Below are positions 1-9,735 of a DNA stretch of 64,000 nucleotides, one piece after another. Within the stretch, counting starts at the first letter, position 1, and each line of letters opens with the position of its first letter. This stretch comes from Candidatus Poribacteria bacterium (lineage in GTDB: Bacteria; Poribacteria; WGA-4E; WGA-3G): NCBI GenBank assembly GCA_965197475.1, contig CBDANF010000003.1:1024001-1088000 (forward strand). The letters run 5' to 3'. A program made the translations under genes and the position numbers. The notes beneath the pieces were generated by a model that was not told the origin of the DNA, did not search any database, and worked only from the letters and a program-made list of their open reading frames with translations.

Positions 1-3000
1 AAAAGGTAGTTCCAACTGCAAGGTTTTGGTAATGACAACACGCTTAGGCCCAGTAGGTGGTGGAGTTTTTTTACCTTCTTCGGTTGCATCGGTTTTCTGT
101 TCTGTAGTTTCCTTTGCATCTTCTTCGGTTGCATCGCGTTTCTGCTGTTCCTTTTCTTGCTGTTCTTTTTCTTCCTTTATTATTTTTGCCAATTCAGGGT
201 TTATCAGGATAGCAGCAGAACCTTTATCTCTTGGGAGGGCACCCGCATTTTCTTCAAACCGGAAGTTGACGTAATCGCCATCTGTGTAGGCATGGGCAAA
301 TCCGAATGTGCCTGCTAATATGCCATCTTTGATACATGTTGAAAGAACACCCCGATCCCTTAGTCGTGGCATGTAAACGTTTTGCGCCATAAGTTCCCAA
401 AGCGTGTCTATTTCAATATGTTCTTGGTAAGCACTGTTGCTCCAAATATATTGCTGCAACTTTTCGGCAAATACTGAAGGTGCGATTTCTTTAATGACAG
501 TATCATCAGCGATAAATTGATCTCGCATGCGAGGCACGATATTAAGATTATCTGTTTTTGTGGTAACATCAGAAAAATCGTATTCGTTTTTCTGTGGATC
601 ATTTTGCGTCGGCACAAGCCCCCATCGGTACGCTTTAAAAAGTGTTGTAGAAACTGCATCGTCAGCGGATTCAAGATTTTCTGTCGTCTGGTCTAAGCGT
701 GTACCTTCAAGGTTTCTCAGTGCACTATGTAGGTTATCTCCATTCCTAATAGAATTCCATGCAAGATAGTTTTTCACAAGATTTTTGAGTTCTCGGACAT
801 CATCACGTTTTGAAGTGATAAAGAGAAGGGTATTTTTGAAGATACGTTGCTTTTCGTCATCACCACAATATTTGAGGATATCAAGTGCTGTGGGATGTGC
901 GGTGTCGTCATCCTTTTCTCGACTTGCAAGGGATGCCTGCGGTGGAAGTATAACGAATTGTATATCTTCAGAGTCTTCTACCATACTCGGTGATGTGGGG
1001 CAAACTTGTACATTCGGCACGCGTCCAATTGCTCTTTCTAATCGTGACACAATTTCACTATAAATATCTTCATCAGTATATTGTTCAGCACGGTCTATAG
1101 CAACCTTGTTGAGGTTCTCCTGAGTGTGGAAATAGTATCTATCGCCTAAATTATAAAGATAGTATAAATTACCAGTCATTCTGCCAAGTGCGTCGTTGTA
1201 GGTAGAAACGGTTTGTCCCGGTTCAACAACACCGAGATGAATCTGACGAGTCGTTATACCTTTAAATGCGCCACCTGTAGCACTACCAAGAAACACAGTA
1301 CGGGCGATCCGGCGTGCAGCACCACCAACATTAACAAATACTGTGGATTTCATGTCAATTTGGTCGGTGCGGGAACCGTGGCTGTCTACCTCTTTTACGA
1401 CCGGGTCCCAATTTCCACCGGACTGAGCGAGCAACCGAGTGAATTCATCAGCGAGTGCGGGATCATCCAAGGGTAGGTTTGCAGGCATTATCAAGAGGGA
1501 TTGATCCTGCTCTCTGTAGAGGCGGGAAATATAGGTTGCCATAATGCGCAGCACACCACGGGTGCGCTGAAAACCGGGGATGACTGACCAGTCTTGAAAA
1601 AGCCGATCAAATATCTCTGGATGGATCGGGTAACACGCTTTCATACGGTTTAGGTAGTCCTGTTCGGTTACATTGTCGGGATATTCGCGGCGCGCGTTCT
1701 GGTACATTTTTCTGAACGCTTCACAGGTCTGGTCACGCTCTGCCTCGTCAATTACAGGACCGAACAATCGTCTACGGACTACCTCAAATGCGTTATCAAC
1801 TTCTAAAGGAATTGAGACAGCATCAACCCGTTTAAGGATTTCCTCAAGATCATCAAGAACAGTCATTCCTACTTGCCCGCCTGCCTGCGTCTTGCCCTCT
1901 GGTAAAGTTGCCACAAGTACAACATTCTTAGATCTTTTTATAGATTGTGTGAGTGTTTGAAAGAAGGTATAGAGACGTGCTTGCACATCACTCTGTACAT
2001 TCCGCACATAAGCAACAAGCTCATCAATTAAGATAACAGAGGGACCGACGTATTCAAAAAGTTCGTCCAACTGTTTGCCACCAGGAGAAATTCCTTTAAG
2101 TGCGGCATCCCGAATAAAATCGTAAGCATCCTGACCACCAAGTTGATCCGCCATTCTACCCCAAAGTGTGTTAAGTGGACCTCCCCGTTTGGTTTTATCT
2201 GCATCAGTTGTTGAGAGATAGGTACCGACAAGAACAGAGACGTTGGCATTGATCGGGGTGTTCGGATCCCAATCTGCTTCCGCCATAATTTCGTCGATTT
2301 CTTGACGGAGTCGTGCGTATTCACCGTCTGCCGGCAGTTCTCTCAGGATGTTTGCCCCGTTGATGAGGTGATAAAGAGCAATAAGACTATGAGTTTTTCC
2401 ACCACCAAAACCGGTTTTAAGTTGGATAACAGGGTCACCACCTTTACCGGAGAGTCGCTTCAGTGTATTCACTAAAAGTTGATGGAGCCCGGGTGTGATA
2501 TATGTTTGATTAAAAAAGATGTCAGTTTTCCCGTATTCTTCGGTTTTCGCTTTTCCTTCAAAAACCTCCTGGAGATCTGCTGCGAATTCCGATTTATGAA
2601 AGGTGCCCTCAATAACATCATTATTTGGGAGTATCACGTCTCGCCAAGGTGTTAAGTCAGATGCCTTTCTACGTGGTAGTTTCGGTTTCTCATCAGGAGT
2701 TTGCACTACGCTGCTTAACAACTTGTCACGGATGGCTTCAACTTCTCGCTTCTGTTCAGGTGCGTTGATTTGTCCAAGTATATCGGCAATTTCATGGAGT
2801 CTCCCAATCGCGTACCCCACAGGAAGATCTTCTGTCCCAGGGTGTGAGACCCTGTTTCGTGCCTCTGTGATGACACCCACAGCACTACGCACCTCCCGAT
2901 CTGGGTCAAAACGTTGTTCAAAGGCTTCATACCAGTGTTTTCTGAATAAGTGTGGGAAATCGTTAATATCAATATCTGTTTCATTATGAATATTTTCTTC

Positions 3001-3117
3001 TATAAGTAAACCAGACACAGACTTCATGCTTTTGAATATAAAGGCGCGCATGGCATCGCGATAGATGTTGAGTGCTTTATAAAGCGCGTCTTGGTTGGGA
3101 CTCTTTGACAAATTCAC
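1..3117 (-). CDS. Swt1-like HEPN + DUF499 AAA+ ATPase (3' end runs off window)
   Basis: Not in the ORF track. GTG at 3117 after GGAG; in frame with position 1 (...PPTGPKRVVITKTLQLELPF). N-terminal ARNRVSH (HEPN Rx4H), LTPWRDVILP..SEFAADL and Walker A LKTGFGGGKTH are typical of DUF499. Confidence 0.85.
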   Translation of the reverse strand, partial: MNLSKSPNQDALYKALNIYRDAMRAFIFKSMKSVSGLLIEENIHNETDIDINDFPHLFRKHWYEAFEQRFDPDREVRSAVGVITEARNRVSHPGTEDLPVGYAIGRLHEIADILGQINAPEQKREVEAIRDKLLSSVVQTPDEKPKLPRRKASDLTPWRDVILPNNDVIEGTFHKSEFAADLQEVFEGKAKTEEYGKTDIFFNQTYITPGLHQLLVNTLKRLSGKGGDPVIQLKTGFGGGKTHSLIALYHLINGANILRELPADGEYARLRQEIDEIMAEADWDPNTPINANVSVLVGTYLSTTDADKTKRGGPLNTLWGRMADQLGGQDAYDFIRDAALKGISPGGKQLDELFEYVGPSVILIDELVAYVRNVQSDVQARLYTFFQTLTQSIKRSKNVVLVATLPEGKTQAGGQVGMTVLDDLEEILKRVDAVSIPLEVDNAFEVVRRRLFGPVIDEAERDQTCEAFRKMYQNARREYPDNVTEQDYLNRMKACYPIHPEIFDRLFQDWSVIPGFQRTRGVLRIMATYISRLYREQDQSLLIMPANLPLDDPALADEFTRLLAQSGGNWDPVVKEVDSHGSRTDQIDMKSTVFVNVGGAARRIARTVFLGSATGGAFKGITTRQIHLGVVEPGQTVSTYNDALGRMTGNLYYLYNLGDRYYFHTQENLNKVAIDRAEQYTDEDIYSEIVSRLERAIGRVPNVQVCPTSPSMVEDSEDIQFVILPPQASLASREKDDDTAHPTALDILKYCGDDEKQRIFKNTLLFITSKRDDVRELKNLVKNYLAWNSIRNGDNLHSALRNLEGTRLDQTTENLESADDAVSTTLFKAYRWGLVPTQNDPQKNEYDFSDVTTKTDNLNIVPRMRDQFIADDTVIKEIAPSVFAEKLQQYIWSNSAYQEHIEIDTLWELMAQNVYMPRLRDRGVLSTCIKDGILAGTFGFAHAYTDGDYVNFRFEENAGALPRDKGSAAILINPELAKIIKEEKEQQEKEQQKRDATEEDAKETTEQKTDATEEGKKTPPPTGPKRVVITKTLQLELPF

Positions 3118-3261
3118 AAGTTGATACTCCCTCTCCGATTTTTTTTAGTAGTGTAACAGATTTTTGGTTTTTGGTCAAGTGGAAAATTGTCCTTAATTAA
3201 AAAATGAAGCAACCTTGAAAAACAAGGCTGCAAAAAAGTGTGTGAATAACTATTTTGTTCA

Positions 3262-4524
3262 CTACTCACGCACCTGACCATTCCCATAAATAATATATTT
3301 ATAACTCGTCAGACCCTCAAGTCCCATCGGACCGCGAGAATGAAGTTTTTGCGTGCTAATCCCGACCTCAGCACCTAACCCAAATTCGTAGCCATCGGTG
3401 AAGACGGTGCTGGCGTTGACGTAGACAGCTGCAGAATCAACCTCTTTGAGAAAACGTTGCGCCGCTGTATAACTCTCAGTGATAATCGCATCCGAATGAT
3501 GCGAACCGTAGGTTTCAATGTGGTCAATCGCCGTGTCCATATTGTCTACCACCCGAATGGAAACGATGTAATCGAGATATTCTGTGCACCAATCTTCTTC
3601 GGTTGCGGGTTTCGCCGCAGAGTAAATCTGCTGCGTCCGTTCGCACCCGCGGATTTCAACCTTTGCATCCTGCAACGTCTCACAAAAATCGGGAAGGAAT
3701 TTATGAGCAGCATCGGCGTGGACAAGCAGTGTCTCTAAAGCATTGCAGACAGCGACTTTATAACCGACCTTCGCATTCATGCAAATCTTGGTTGCCATGT
3801 CAAGATCAGCAGCTTCGTCAACATAGATATGACAGATACCGTCGGCATGTCCGAGCACTGGGACATCTGATTCCCTCATCAGAAACTGAACGAATTCGTT
3901 ACTACCACGTGGAATGACAAGGTCAATGTATTCTGGGAGACGAATCAGTTCGTAGACCGCTTGCCGGTCAGTAGTATCAACGAACTGAATCGCATCTAAC
4001 AGACCTTCTGCGGAGGCGGTATCGCTGAGGATACGGGCAAGTATCGTATTGGAGTGGATCGCTTCGGAACCGCCTCGAAGGATAACCCCGTTTCCGGATT
4101 TGATGCAGAGTGCCGATACTTCAACGGTTACGTCAGGACGCGACTCATATACTACACCAACGACACCGATAGGCACTCGGACTGTGCCAATTTTGAGTCC
4201 GTTGGGACGTTCCCCCATACTAATGACTTCACTGATCGGATCCGGAAGTGCTGCAACTTGGCGTAGGTTATCCGCCATCCGCTCAATCTTTTGATCGTCT
4301 ATTAGGAGCCGTTGCATGAGCGGCACAGCAAGTCCCGTTTTCTCGCCGTTTTCCAGGTCAAAGCGATTTACCTCTTGGATATCCTCCTTCGCTTTCAGGA
4401 TGTTTTCAGCCATCGCTAAAAGCGCGTTGTTTCGGATATCAGCCGAACTTCTTGACAAAATCCGCATCGCCAATTTTGCCTTTTTGGCTTTTAATTGGAT
4501 CATATTTTGGATGTTTTCGTTCAT
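3262..4524 (-). CDS. proA: Gamma-glutamyl phosphate reductase
   Basis: RVPIGVVGVVYESRP, VCNALETLLVH, FGLGAEVGISTQKLHSRGPMGL; likely start MNENIQ at 4524. Confidence 0.97.
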   Translation of the reverse strand: MNENIQNMIQLKAKKAKLAMRILSRSSADIRNNALLAMAENILKAKEDIQEVNRFDLENGEKTGLAVPLMQRLLIDDQKIERMADNLRQVAALPDPISEVISMGERPNGLKIGTVRVPIGVVGVVYESRPDVTVEVSALCIKSGNGVILRGGSEAIHSNTILARILSDTASAEGLLDAIQFVDTTDRQAVYELIRLPEYIDLVIPRGSNEFVQFLMRESDVPVLGHADGICHIYVDEAADLDMATKICMNAKVGYKVAVCNALETLLVHADAAHKFLPDFCETLQDAKVEIRGCERTQQIYSAAKPATEEDWCTEYLDYIVSIRVVDNMDTAIDHIETYGSHHSDAIITESYTAAQRFLKEVDSAAVYVNASTVFTDGYEFGLGAEVGISTQKLHSRGPMGLEGLTSYKYIIYGNGQVRE

Positions 4525-4786
4525 ATTGTCCTTTTCTATGAAGAAGAGCAAGGAAGGCAAATTTCACGGTGTTCTAAAAATGTTGGCTCTCGGAAAAACA
4601 AATGTTCATCAAATTTTACTTTCAAGATAATTATAACATATCTCAAGTCCAAATCCAAATTGTTTTGACACGTCCACCTTACAATTTTAGTGTAACCCAC
4701 GACGCAAACTGTGTAAACAAAACTAAATCAATTTACGTTATTAAAGGTTAAATTGTTAAAATCTATTCCAGTTGTTAGAGGAAAAA

Positions 4787-5425
4787 ATGACTCAGAAAAT
4801 TTTTTCTATCTCAGCACTATTTGTTAGCCTGACGCTTTTAGCCATATTAGGCTGCGGTAGTGATGAGAAAGTAACTGAAAAACCTAAAAAGCCGACTGAA
4901 CCAGAGTCGTTTAAATTAAATGAAGATCTACTTGGTACCTGGAAGGTTGTATCTATCAACGACGGACCAGCTTTGGAATTTCTTGTTGAAGACGAACCGG
5001 ATGTAGAGGATCGTCCGAAAATAAGCATCAATAAGTTTAACTACGATTTTGCAGAGGATGGTTCCATGACTTTGAACGTTGATGCAGTAATGTCCCAATT
5101 TCCTGAAGAACCTCCAAATGAGGCTGGAGAAAGAGAGGGAAAGGTCGAGATTACTGGGATGTGGTCCGGCACGTACGGTCCCAGAGACTCACACCTAACC
5201 ATAATCATAACGGAAAAAGACTTGAGCTTTACACCTTTGCCGAAAGATCTATTTGAGAAGATATTTGGGATTAAAGAAATTGAGGCACAGCAAGAACTGA
5301 CTGAGGGATTCAATTCACATATCTTTACGCCCTTCGCGAAAACCTTTTTTACCATAGAAGGAGAAACACTTAATCTTGAATCCTCTGGTTCTGCAAAAAA
5401 CAAGATGGTTTTAGAAAAACAGTGA
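4787..5425 (+). CDS. Lipoprotein, lipocalin-like
   Basis: Lipobox LAILGC; LLGTWKVVS lipocalin-like motif; GAGG before ATG 4787. Confidence 0.65.
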   Translation: MTQKIFSISALFVSLTLLAILGCGSDEKVTEKPKKPTEPESFKLNEDLLGTWKVVSINDGPALEFLVEDEPDVEDRPKISINKFNYDFAEDGSMTLNVDAVMSQFPEEPPNEAGEREGKVEITGMWSGTYGPRDSHLTIIITEKDLSFTPLPKDLFEKIFGIKEIEAQQELTEGFNSHIFTPFAKTFFTIEGETLNLESSGSAKNKMVLEKQ

Positions 5426-5455
5426 GTTTTCCTCCTCTTCAGTTTATTGTTCACA

Positions 5456-5501
5456 TATAATTAAGGACATCGGATAGTTACATCCGATGTCCTTAATTAT
5501 A
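5456..5501. terminator. Perfect 20-bp inverted repeat, probable bidirectional terminator
   Basis: tataattaaggacatcggat-agttac-atccgatgtccttaattata between convergent genes. Confidence 0.8.
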
Positions 5502-5524
5502 ATGCCTCAACGATAGAATGACTG

Positions 5525-5980
5525 CTATTCGTATTCCTTCAGAAATCCTCTGAATTCCCTGCGATGCGTTTCTTCATCCGCGAGAAGCCTGATGCAGAGG
5601 TCCTGCGTGACGTAGTCTATCCCGTCGCAAAGACGGATAATTTTATTGTATTGTTCAATTGCGGCGTTTTCGGCTTCAATGACACCGTGAATAGCTGTGA
5701 CGACATCTGTAGAATTTTCGGGCGGTTGAAGCGAAGCTTGTTCCGGTTTAAACGCGAACGAACCGGGCACACGGCCGCCGATTTCTTTGATACGAGAGGC
5801 AAGATCCTGTGCATGTGTAATTTCCGTTTGAATATCCGCTGCGAGGGATTTCTTTATCTCTTCTGCGCGGATACCGTCCAAATCAACGGAAATTGCCAGA
5901 TAATTAATTGTTGCTTCCAATTCCATCCAATAGGCACAAATAAGCTCTTGAATGAGTACGTCTCTTTTTGCTTGATCCAT
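5525..5980 (-). CDS. Ferritin-like / bacterioferritin-family di-iron protein
   Basis: Four-helix pattern with E..EITH..E..DEETH ligands; GGAG before ATG 5980. Confidence 0.85.
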   Translation of the reverse strand: MDQAKRDVLIQELICAYWMELEATINYLAISVDLDGIRAEEIKKSLAADIQTEITHAQDLASRIKEIGGRVPGSFAFKPEQASLQPPENSTDVVTAIHGVIEAENAAIEQYNKIIRLCDGIDYVTQDLCIRLLADEETHRREFRGFLKEYE

Positions 5981-6255
5981 GATTTTCTCCAATCATAACG
6001 TGTTGAGTTTCAATGTAATGTTTTTCATCTATAGAAAACAGTATATCATAACACTAAAAATCCAAATGAACCCTATAAAATATTTAGGTTCGGCATCACC
6101 CATGGATAACCATCTGGATGCGCTAATATATTAAACGATATACCATAGGTTTCGGTTAACATTTTTTGCATTAACACAACCTCAGGCGGACAGAAACTAC
6201 AGAAACACCATCTTTCAACATTAAGAGAAGAAATTACATCCCGTTGCTGTGTCGG

Positions 6256-6612
6256 TTAGTGTACCTTGAAAGGCTCACCTCGCGGTTCTTCCTTTAGCTC
6301 TGGCTGAGCAGAATCCAGAAACACCTCATGAAGTTCGAGTTTGTTTGATTGAGTGAATGCCTCTTTTGGCATCGTGCCAGATTGCGCGTGTCCCTTACGG
6401 AATTCTTCAGAATTAACCCAATTCTCAAAATCCTTCCGTGATTCCCAGAGTGTAAATACAACATAAGGGTCACCATCATTGACTGGTCGCAAAACCTGAT
6501 TAGAGATGAAACCCGGCATTCCATCAACGAGGCGGGCACGATGCCGAAACCTCTCTTCAAATTCCTCGTGATATTCGGGTGCGACGTAGATTCGATTTGC
6601 AACTGTAATCAT
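6256..6612 (-). CDS. ABM-family monooxygenase, IsdG/HmoA-like heme oxygenase
   Basis: VANRI (Asn), PGFIS, WVNSEEFRKGH (Trp/His) match the IsdG catalytic triad pattern; iron-gene context. Confidence 0.8.
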   Translation of the reverse strand: MITVANRIYVAPEYHEEFEERFRHRARLVDGMPGFISNQVLRPVNDGDPYVVFTLWESRKDFENWVNSEEFRKGHAQSGTMPKEAFTQSNKLELHEVFLDSAQPELKEEPRGEPFKVH

Positions 6613-6619
6613 AATGCAT

Positions 6620-6652
6620 CCTTATTGAAAATGAGTCTCATTATCAATAAGG
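6620..6652. promoter_or_regulatory. Fur-type box
   Basis: GAAAATGAGTCTCATTATC at 6627-6645 (15/19 to GATAATGATAATCATTATC) within a near-perfect palindrome next to the RBS of the ABM gene. Confidence 0.8.
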
Positions 6653-6698
6653 TCTGGTTAGAAACAACTCTTATGCTGTTTTTTAATACCACGTCTCT

Positions 6699-6727
6699 AT
6701 TATAATATATCTTTTAAACAATGTCAA
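6699..6727 (-). promoter_or_regulatory. Sigma70 promoter of ABM gene
   Basis: TTGACA-17 bp-TATAAT on the minus strand. Confidence 0.75.
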
Positions 6728-6755
6728 ATTTTTAATTCAAAATTTTACGATAATT

Positions 6756-8078
6756 CTACTGAATCTGTTCTACTACTTCTTTACCAGCTTTAAAAAGATC
6801 ATGTAGATGTAGATAACGAAAAAGTGAACTTCTCCCTGTGAGATATAAATTCTCAAACTGCTCAAAATAATCAACGAGCTGCTTCACGTTTTCTTCAAAC
6901 CCCACCTCAAGCACCGGATAAGCAAAGGGCAGCTTGTACGTTTGATAATGGATAACCTCATCAGAATGTAACGGTTTGACGCGACACAACGCTTCCCACA
7001 CCTCGGCGCGGAGTGCTGTTTCCGACATTTCCCATACGGGGTTCTTGCTAAAGCAAGGTATTTCAAGCACGATTACCGTTTGTCCTTCAGGTGCCATATA
7101 AGGACTGCGATTTTTAGGTTCATACAGACGCGTAAACGGAAATTCTTCACTCGGGAAATAGAGTGAGGCATTAGGCGAAAAAGAATCTCGGTTCAAGCAA
7201 AAGACGCAAAGCACGAGGTGCCGATATTTTATTGTATTCGCAATCGCACAAAGTTCTGGTGGCGGTGCTGGTTCTAACATTCGCATTGAAAGTGTCAGCG
7301 GTAATGTATTAATCACAGTGGTCATCTGGAACTCAAAGTCGTCATTTAACACGATGCTTTCAATTCTCCCGCCTTTGTGAATGATACGACTTATCCGGTG
7401 ATTGTACTTGATTCGTTCATCCCCAATGAATTCACACAATTTATCGGGAATCATACCGATACCGTGTTTTGGATAGAAAAAAGAGCCGTCTAAATGTGTC
7501 GGATTCTGCGGCGCACCTAACACAGTTGAACGGAGAAAACTCCAAAAGTCTAACCCTTTGAGTCGGTTACCTGAAATGGCAGTGGAGAGTTTGTGCGTTG
7601 GCTCTCCCCACAGTTTTTCGGAATAGTTCAGCAGAAAACGTTCCGCCAATGTTTTTCCATATCGTCTTAGAGCAAGTTCTTTAAAGTTTTCTGCTTGTTT
7701 TCTATTTCCACTAATCAGTTTATCCCATCCAATTTTGAGTAAAGTCTTCACCTCCAGTTTTCCGATCAGATCACTGAGCGTTAGCGGAAACCGATAAAAC
7801 TTCTCTTGGAAAAAGATTTCGCTTGGTGCATCTACTCTTAGTAGATCATCACCGAGAAGGTGTTTAACCTCTGCTGTGACTTCTGGGTCCTTATCGTGGA
7901 AACGATGTGCCCCAGTATCAAATCGAAAATTATTCAACTGGAGTGTTCGGCAGTTTCCACCGACGTGCGCGCCCGCTTCAAAAATGAGAAAATTGAGGTT
8001 CTGTTTCTTGGCGTAATAACCCGCTGTTAGTCCAGCAGGACCGCCGCCGAGAATATGAATATCAGCAGTTTCCATCAT
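6756..8078 (-). CDS. FAD-dependent oxidoreductase (protoporphyrinogen oxidase / UDP-galactopyranose mutase-like)
   Basis: GGGPAGL, EAGAHVGG, FDTGAHRF, AYP, GRSSLFRY. Confidence 0.75.
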   Translation of the reverse strand: MMETADIHILGGGPAGLTAGYYAKKQNLNFLIFEAGAHVGGNCRTLQLNNFRFDTGAHRFHDKDPEVTAEVKHLLGDDLLRVDAPSEIFFQEKFYRFPLTLSDLIGKLEVKTLLKIGWDKLISGNRKQAENFKELALRRYGKTLAERFLLNYSEKLWGEPTHKLSTAISGNRLKGLDFWSFLRSTVLGAPQNPTHLDGSFFYPKHGIGMIPDKLCEFIGDERIKYNHRISRIIHKGGRIESIVLNDDFEFQMTTVINTLPLTLSMRMLEPAPPPELCAIANTIKYRHLVLCVFCLNRDSFSPNASLYFPSEEFPFTRLYEPKNRSPYMAPEGQTVIVLEIPCFSKNPVWEMSETALRAEVWEALCRVKPLHSDEVIHYQTYKLPFAYPVLEVGFEENVKQLVDYFEQFENLYLTGRSSLFRYLHLHDLFKAGKEVVEQIQ

Positions 8079-8123
8079 ATTTCATGTCTCACTTATAGAC
8101 CCAATCTAAATTTCCTTTCAGAC

Positions 8124-9620
8124 TCAGTACTCAAACAACGACAATTCGGACCACATCCGATTAACATAGGGATTGTGATAGAAAGTCTTTTCCACTTTTG
8201 GCACCCGATTTGGCAGGGGACCTCCAATAGCGACAATTCCGGTTTCCAATTCATCAAGTTGGGCAAGGTCGGCCTCGTTTTTAATCGTTATATACTCTGC
8301 CTCTACTCCTTGCGAAACTAAATAGTATTTAATCAACGGCACGGATACAATATGCAGCTTATTTCCTTGTTCACTCTGTTTGTCACGTAAGTATTTGTGT
8401 ATCTGCGCAATCGCGGTCGGTTTTGTATGTTGGACTACGGTATGTAGCGTGACATAACTATAACAGAGGAAAAAGATAACGACAACTCCCCATGTGAACG
8501 AATGCCGGATTTTATGTTGTTTTCTATTGATTGCGGTTGCTGTTTCTTGTAATGTTGTAATTCGTTGGCAAGAGAGCGCAATGCCCAACGCCAAAAAAGG
8601 CAATACAGGAAAAACGTGTCTGCTTTTATGAATAATGTTCTGTGCTAAGAATATCCAAACAAGGTAAAGCACGCAGCCAAGAAAAATTGGATTCAAAAAT
8701 ATAGAATTATTCCTCAACTGTTTTTCTATAAACCATTGCTTAACTGTTTGCCAATTGGCAACGACAATAATCCCAATTAAAATAATTGTCGTGCAGGCAG
8801 TTATAGGATGGCGACCAAGCCAGTAGAGTCCAAATCCGTCTGCGAATACACTCTCAAAAATTTTTATCAAACGCAGCCACAATTTAGGGTTTGTCGAAAC
8901 AGTGCCACCAAAGTCTGAAAAATGCCCGTGACTATGCGTTTGCGCAGCTGCTATCAGTGTACTCCATCCTGTAATCCATAGTAATGGAATAAGCCAAATA
9001 AGGATACCAAAAATTCCCGCAATGATGTACTTTAGTCGATTTGGTTGCTTTAATAACCGTATCAATAGTGCAGGCACCAACAGTGGTAGATATGAGAGTC
9101 GTATACCAAGCAAAATACCAGCGAGGAAAAATCCGATTGTGTTAAGGCATAACAGCGAATTCCTACCACTTTCTGCTTGTGCAGTCGTAAAATAAAAACT
9201 TCCCAAAAGACATGCAACGCCCATTACATCAGGCATATACCGATTGCTCATCAACCACAATAAAGGGGTCATAAATATAACAAAAATCGCGATTTTTCCC
9301 AATATTGTGGTGCTTTCTATTTTCGCAATCTTTAATGTAAAAAAGATTATGAAAAAGGTTGACAAACCTCCGATCAGTGAAAATGCTAACGCATAACGGA
9401 GAATCACTACATAGAGAAGTTTGGCAACAAAACAGAAAACAGGGTACGCTGGAAAATGCGGTTGCAACTTGGCAATATCGTAGTCTACCATACTCAGCGC
9501 GAAGCGTAGACTATCTAAATCCTCAATATAATAGATAGTGCTAAGCAACCGAGAACTTATACAAAGGATAAAAACGATACCCCAGATAAAGAGATTAGAA
9601 GATTGAAATTGTCGCCACAT
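8124..9620 (-). CDS. Polytopic membrane protein, GT-C/PMT-like
   Basis: About 11 hydrophobic segments; EDLDS..PHFPAYP loop motif; GAAGGAG before ATG 9620. Confidence 0.55.
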   Translation of the reverse strand: MWRQFQSSNLFIWGIVFILCISSRLLSTIYYIEDLDSLRFALSMVDYDIAKLQPHFPAYPVFCFVAKLLYVVILRYALAFSLIGGLSTFFIIFFTLKIAKIESTTILGKIAIFVIFMTPLLWLMSNRYMPDVMGVACLLGSFYFTTAQAESGRNSLLCLNTIGFFLAGILLGIRLSYLPLLVPALLIRLLKQPNRLKYIIAGIFGILIWLIPLLWITGWSTLIAAAQTHSHGHFSDFGGTVSTNPKLWLRLIKIFESVFADGFGLYWLGRHPITACTTIILIGIIVVANWQTVKQWFIEKQLRNNSIFLNPIFLGCVLYLVWIFLAQNIIHKSRHVFPVLPFLALGIALSCQRITTLQETATAINRKQHKIRHSFTWGVVVIFFLCYSYVTLHTVVQHTKPTAIAQIHKYLRDKQSEQGNKLHIVSVPLIKYYLVSQGVEAEYITIKNEADLAQLDELETGIVAIGGPLPNRVPKVEKTFYHNPYVNRMWSELSLFEY

Positions 9621-9735
9621 CTCTCCTTCCTTTCTCTTAAAGATTGGAAAAGGGAAGATTAGAAGACGTTCTCCCAATCTTCCTTTTTCCACCTACTCAA
9701 TCTTCTAAAGTGTTTATCCTTTCTTGTAGCGATGA

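Noticed and set aside
26-2989. Many short ORFs in the track over the first 3 kb
   Set aside because: Shadow frames of the long minus-strand DUF499 gene, which the track missed because it has no stop in the window.
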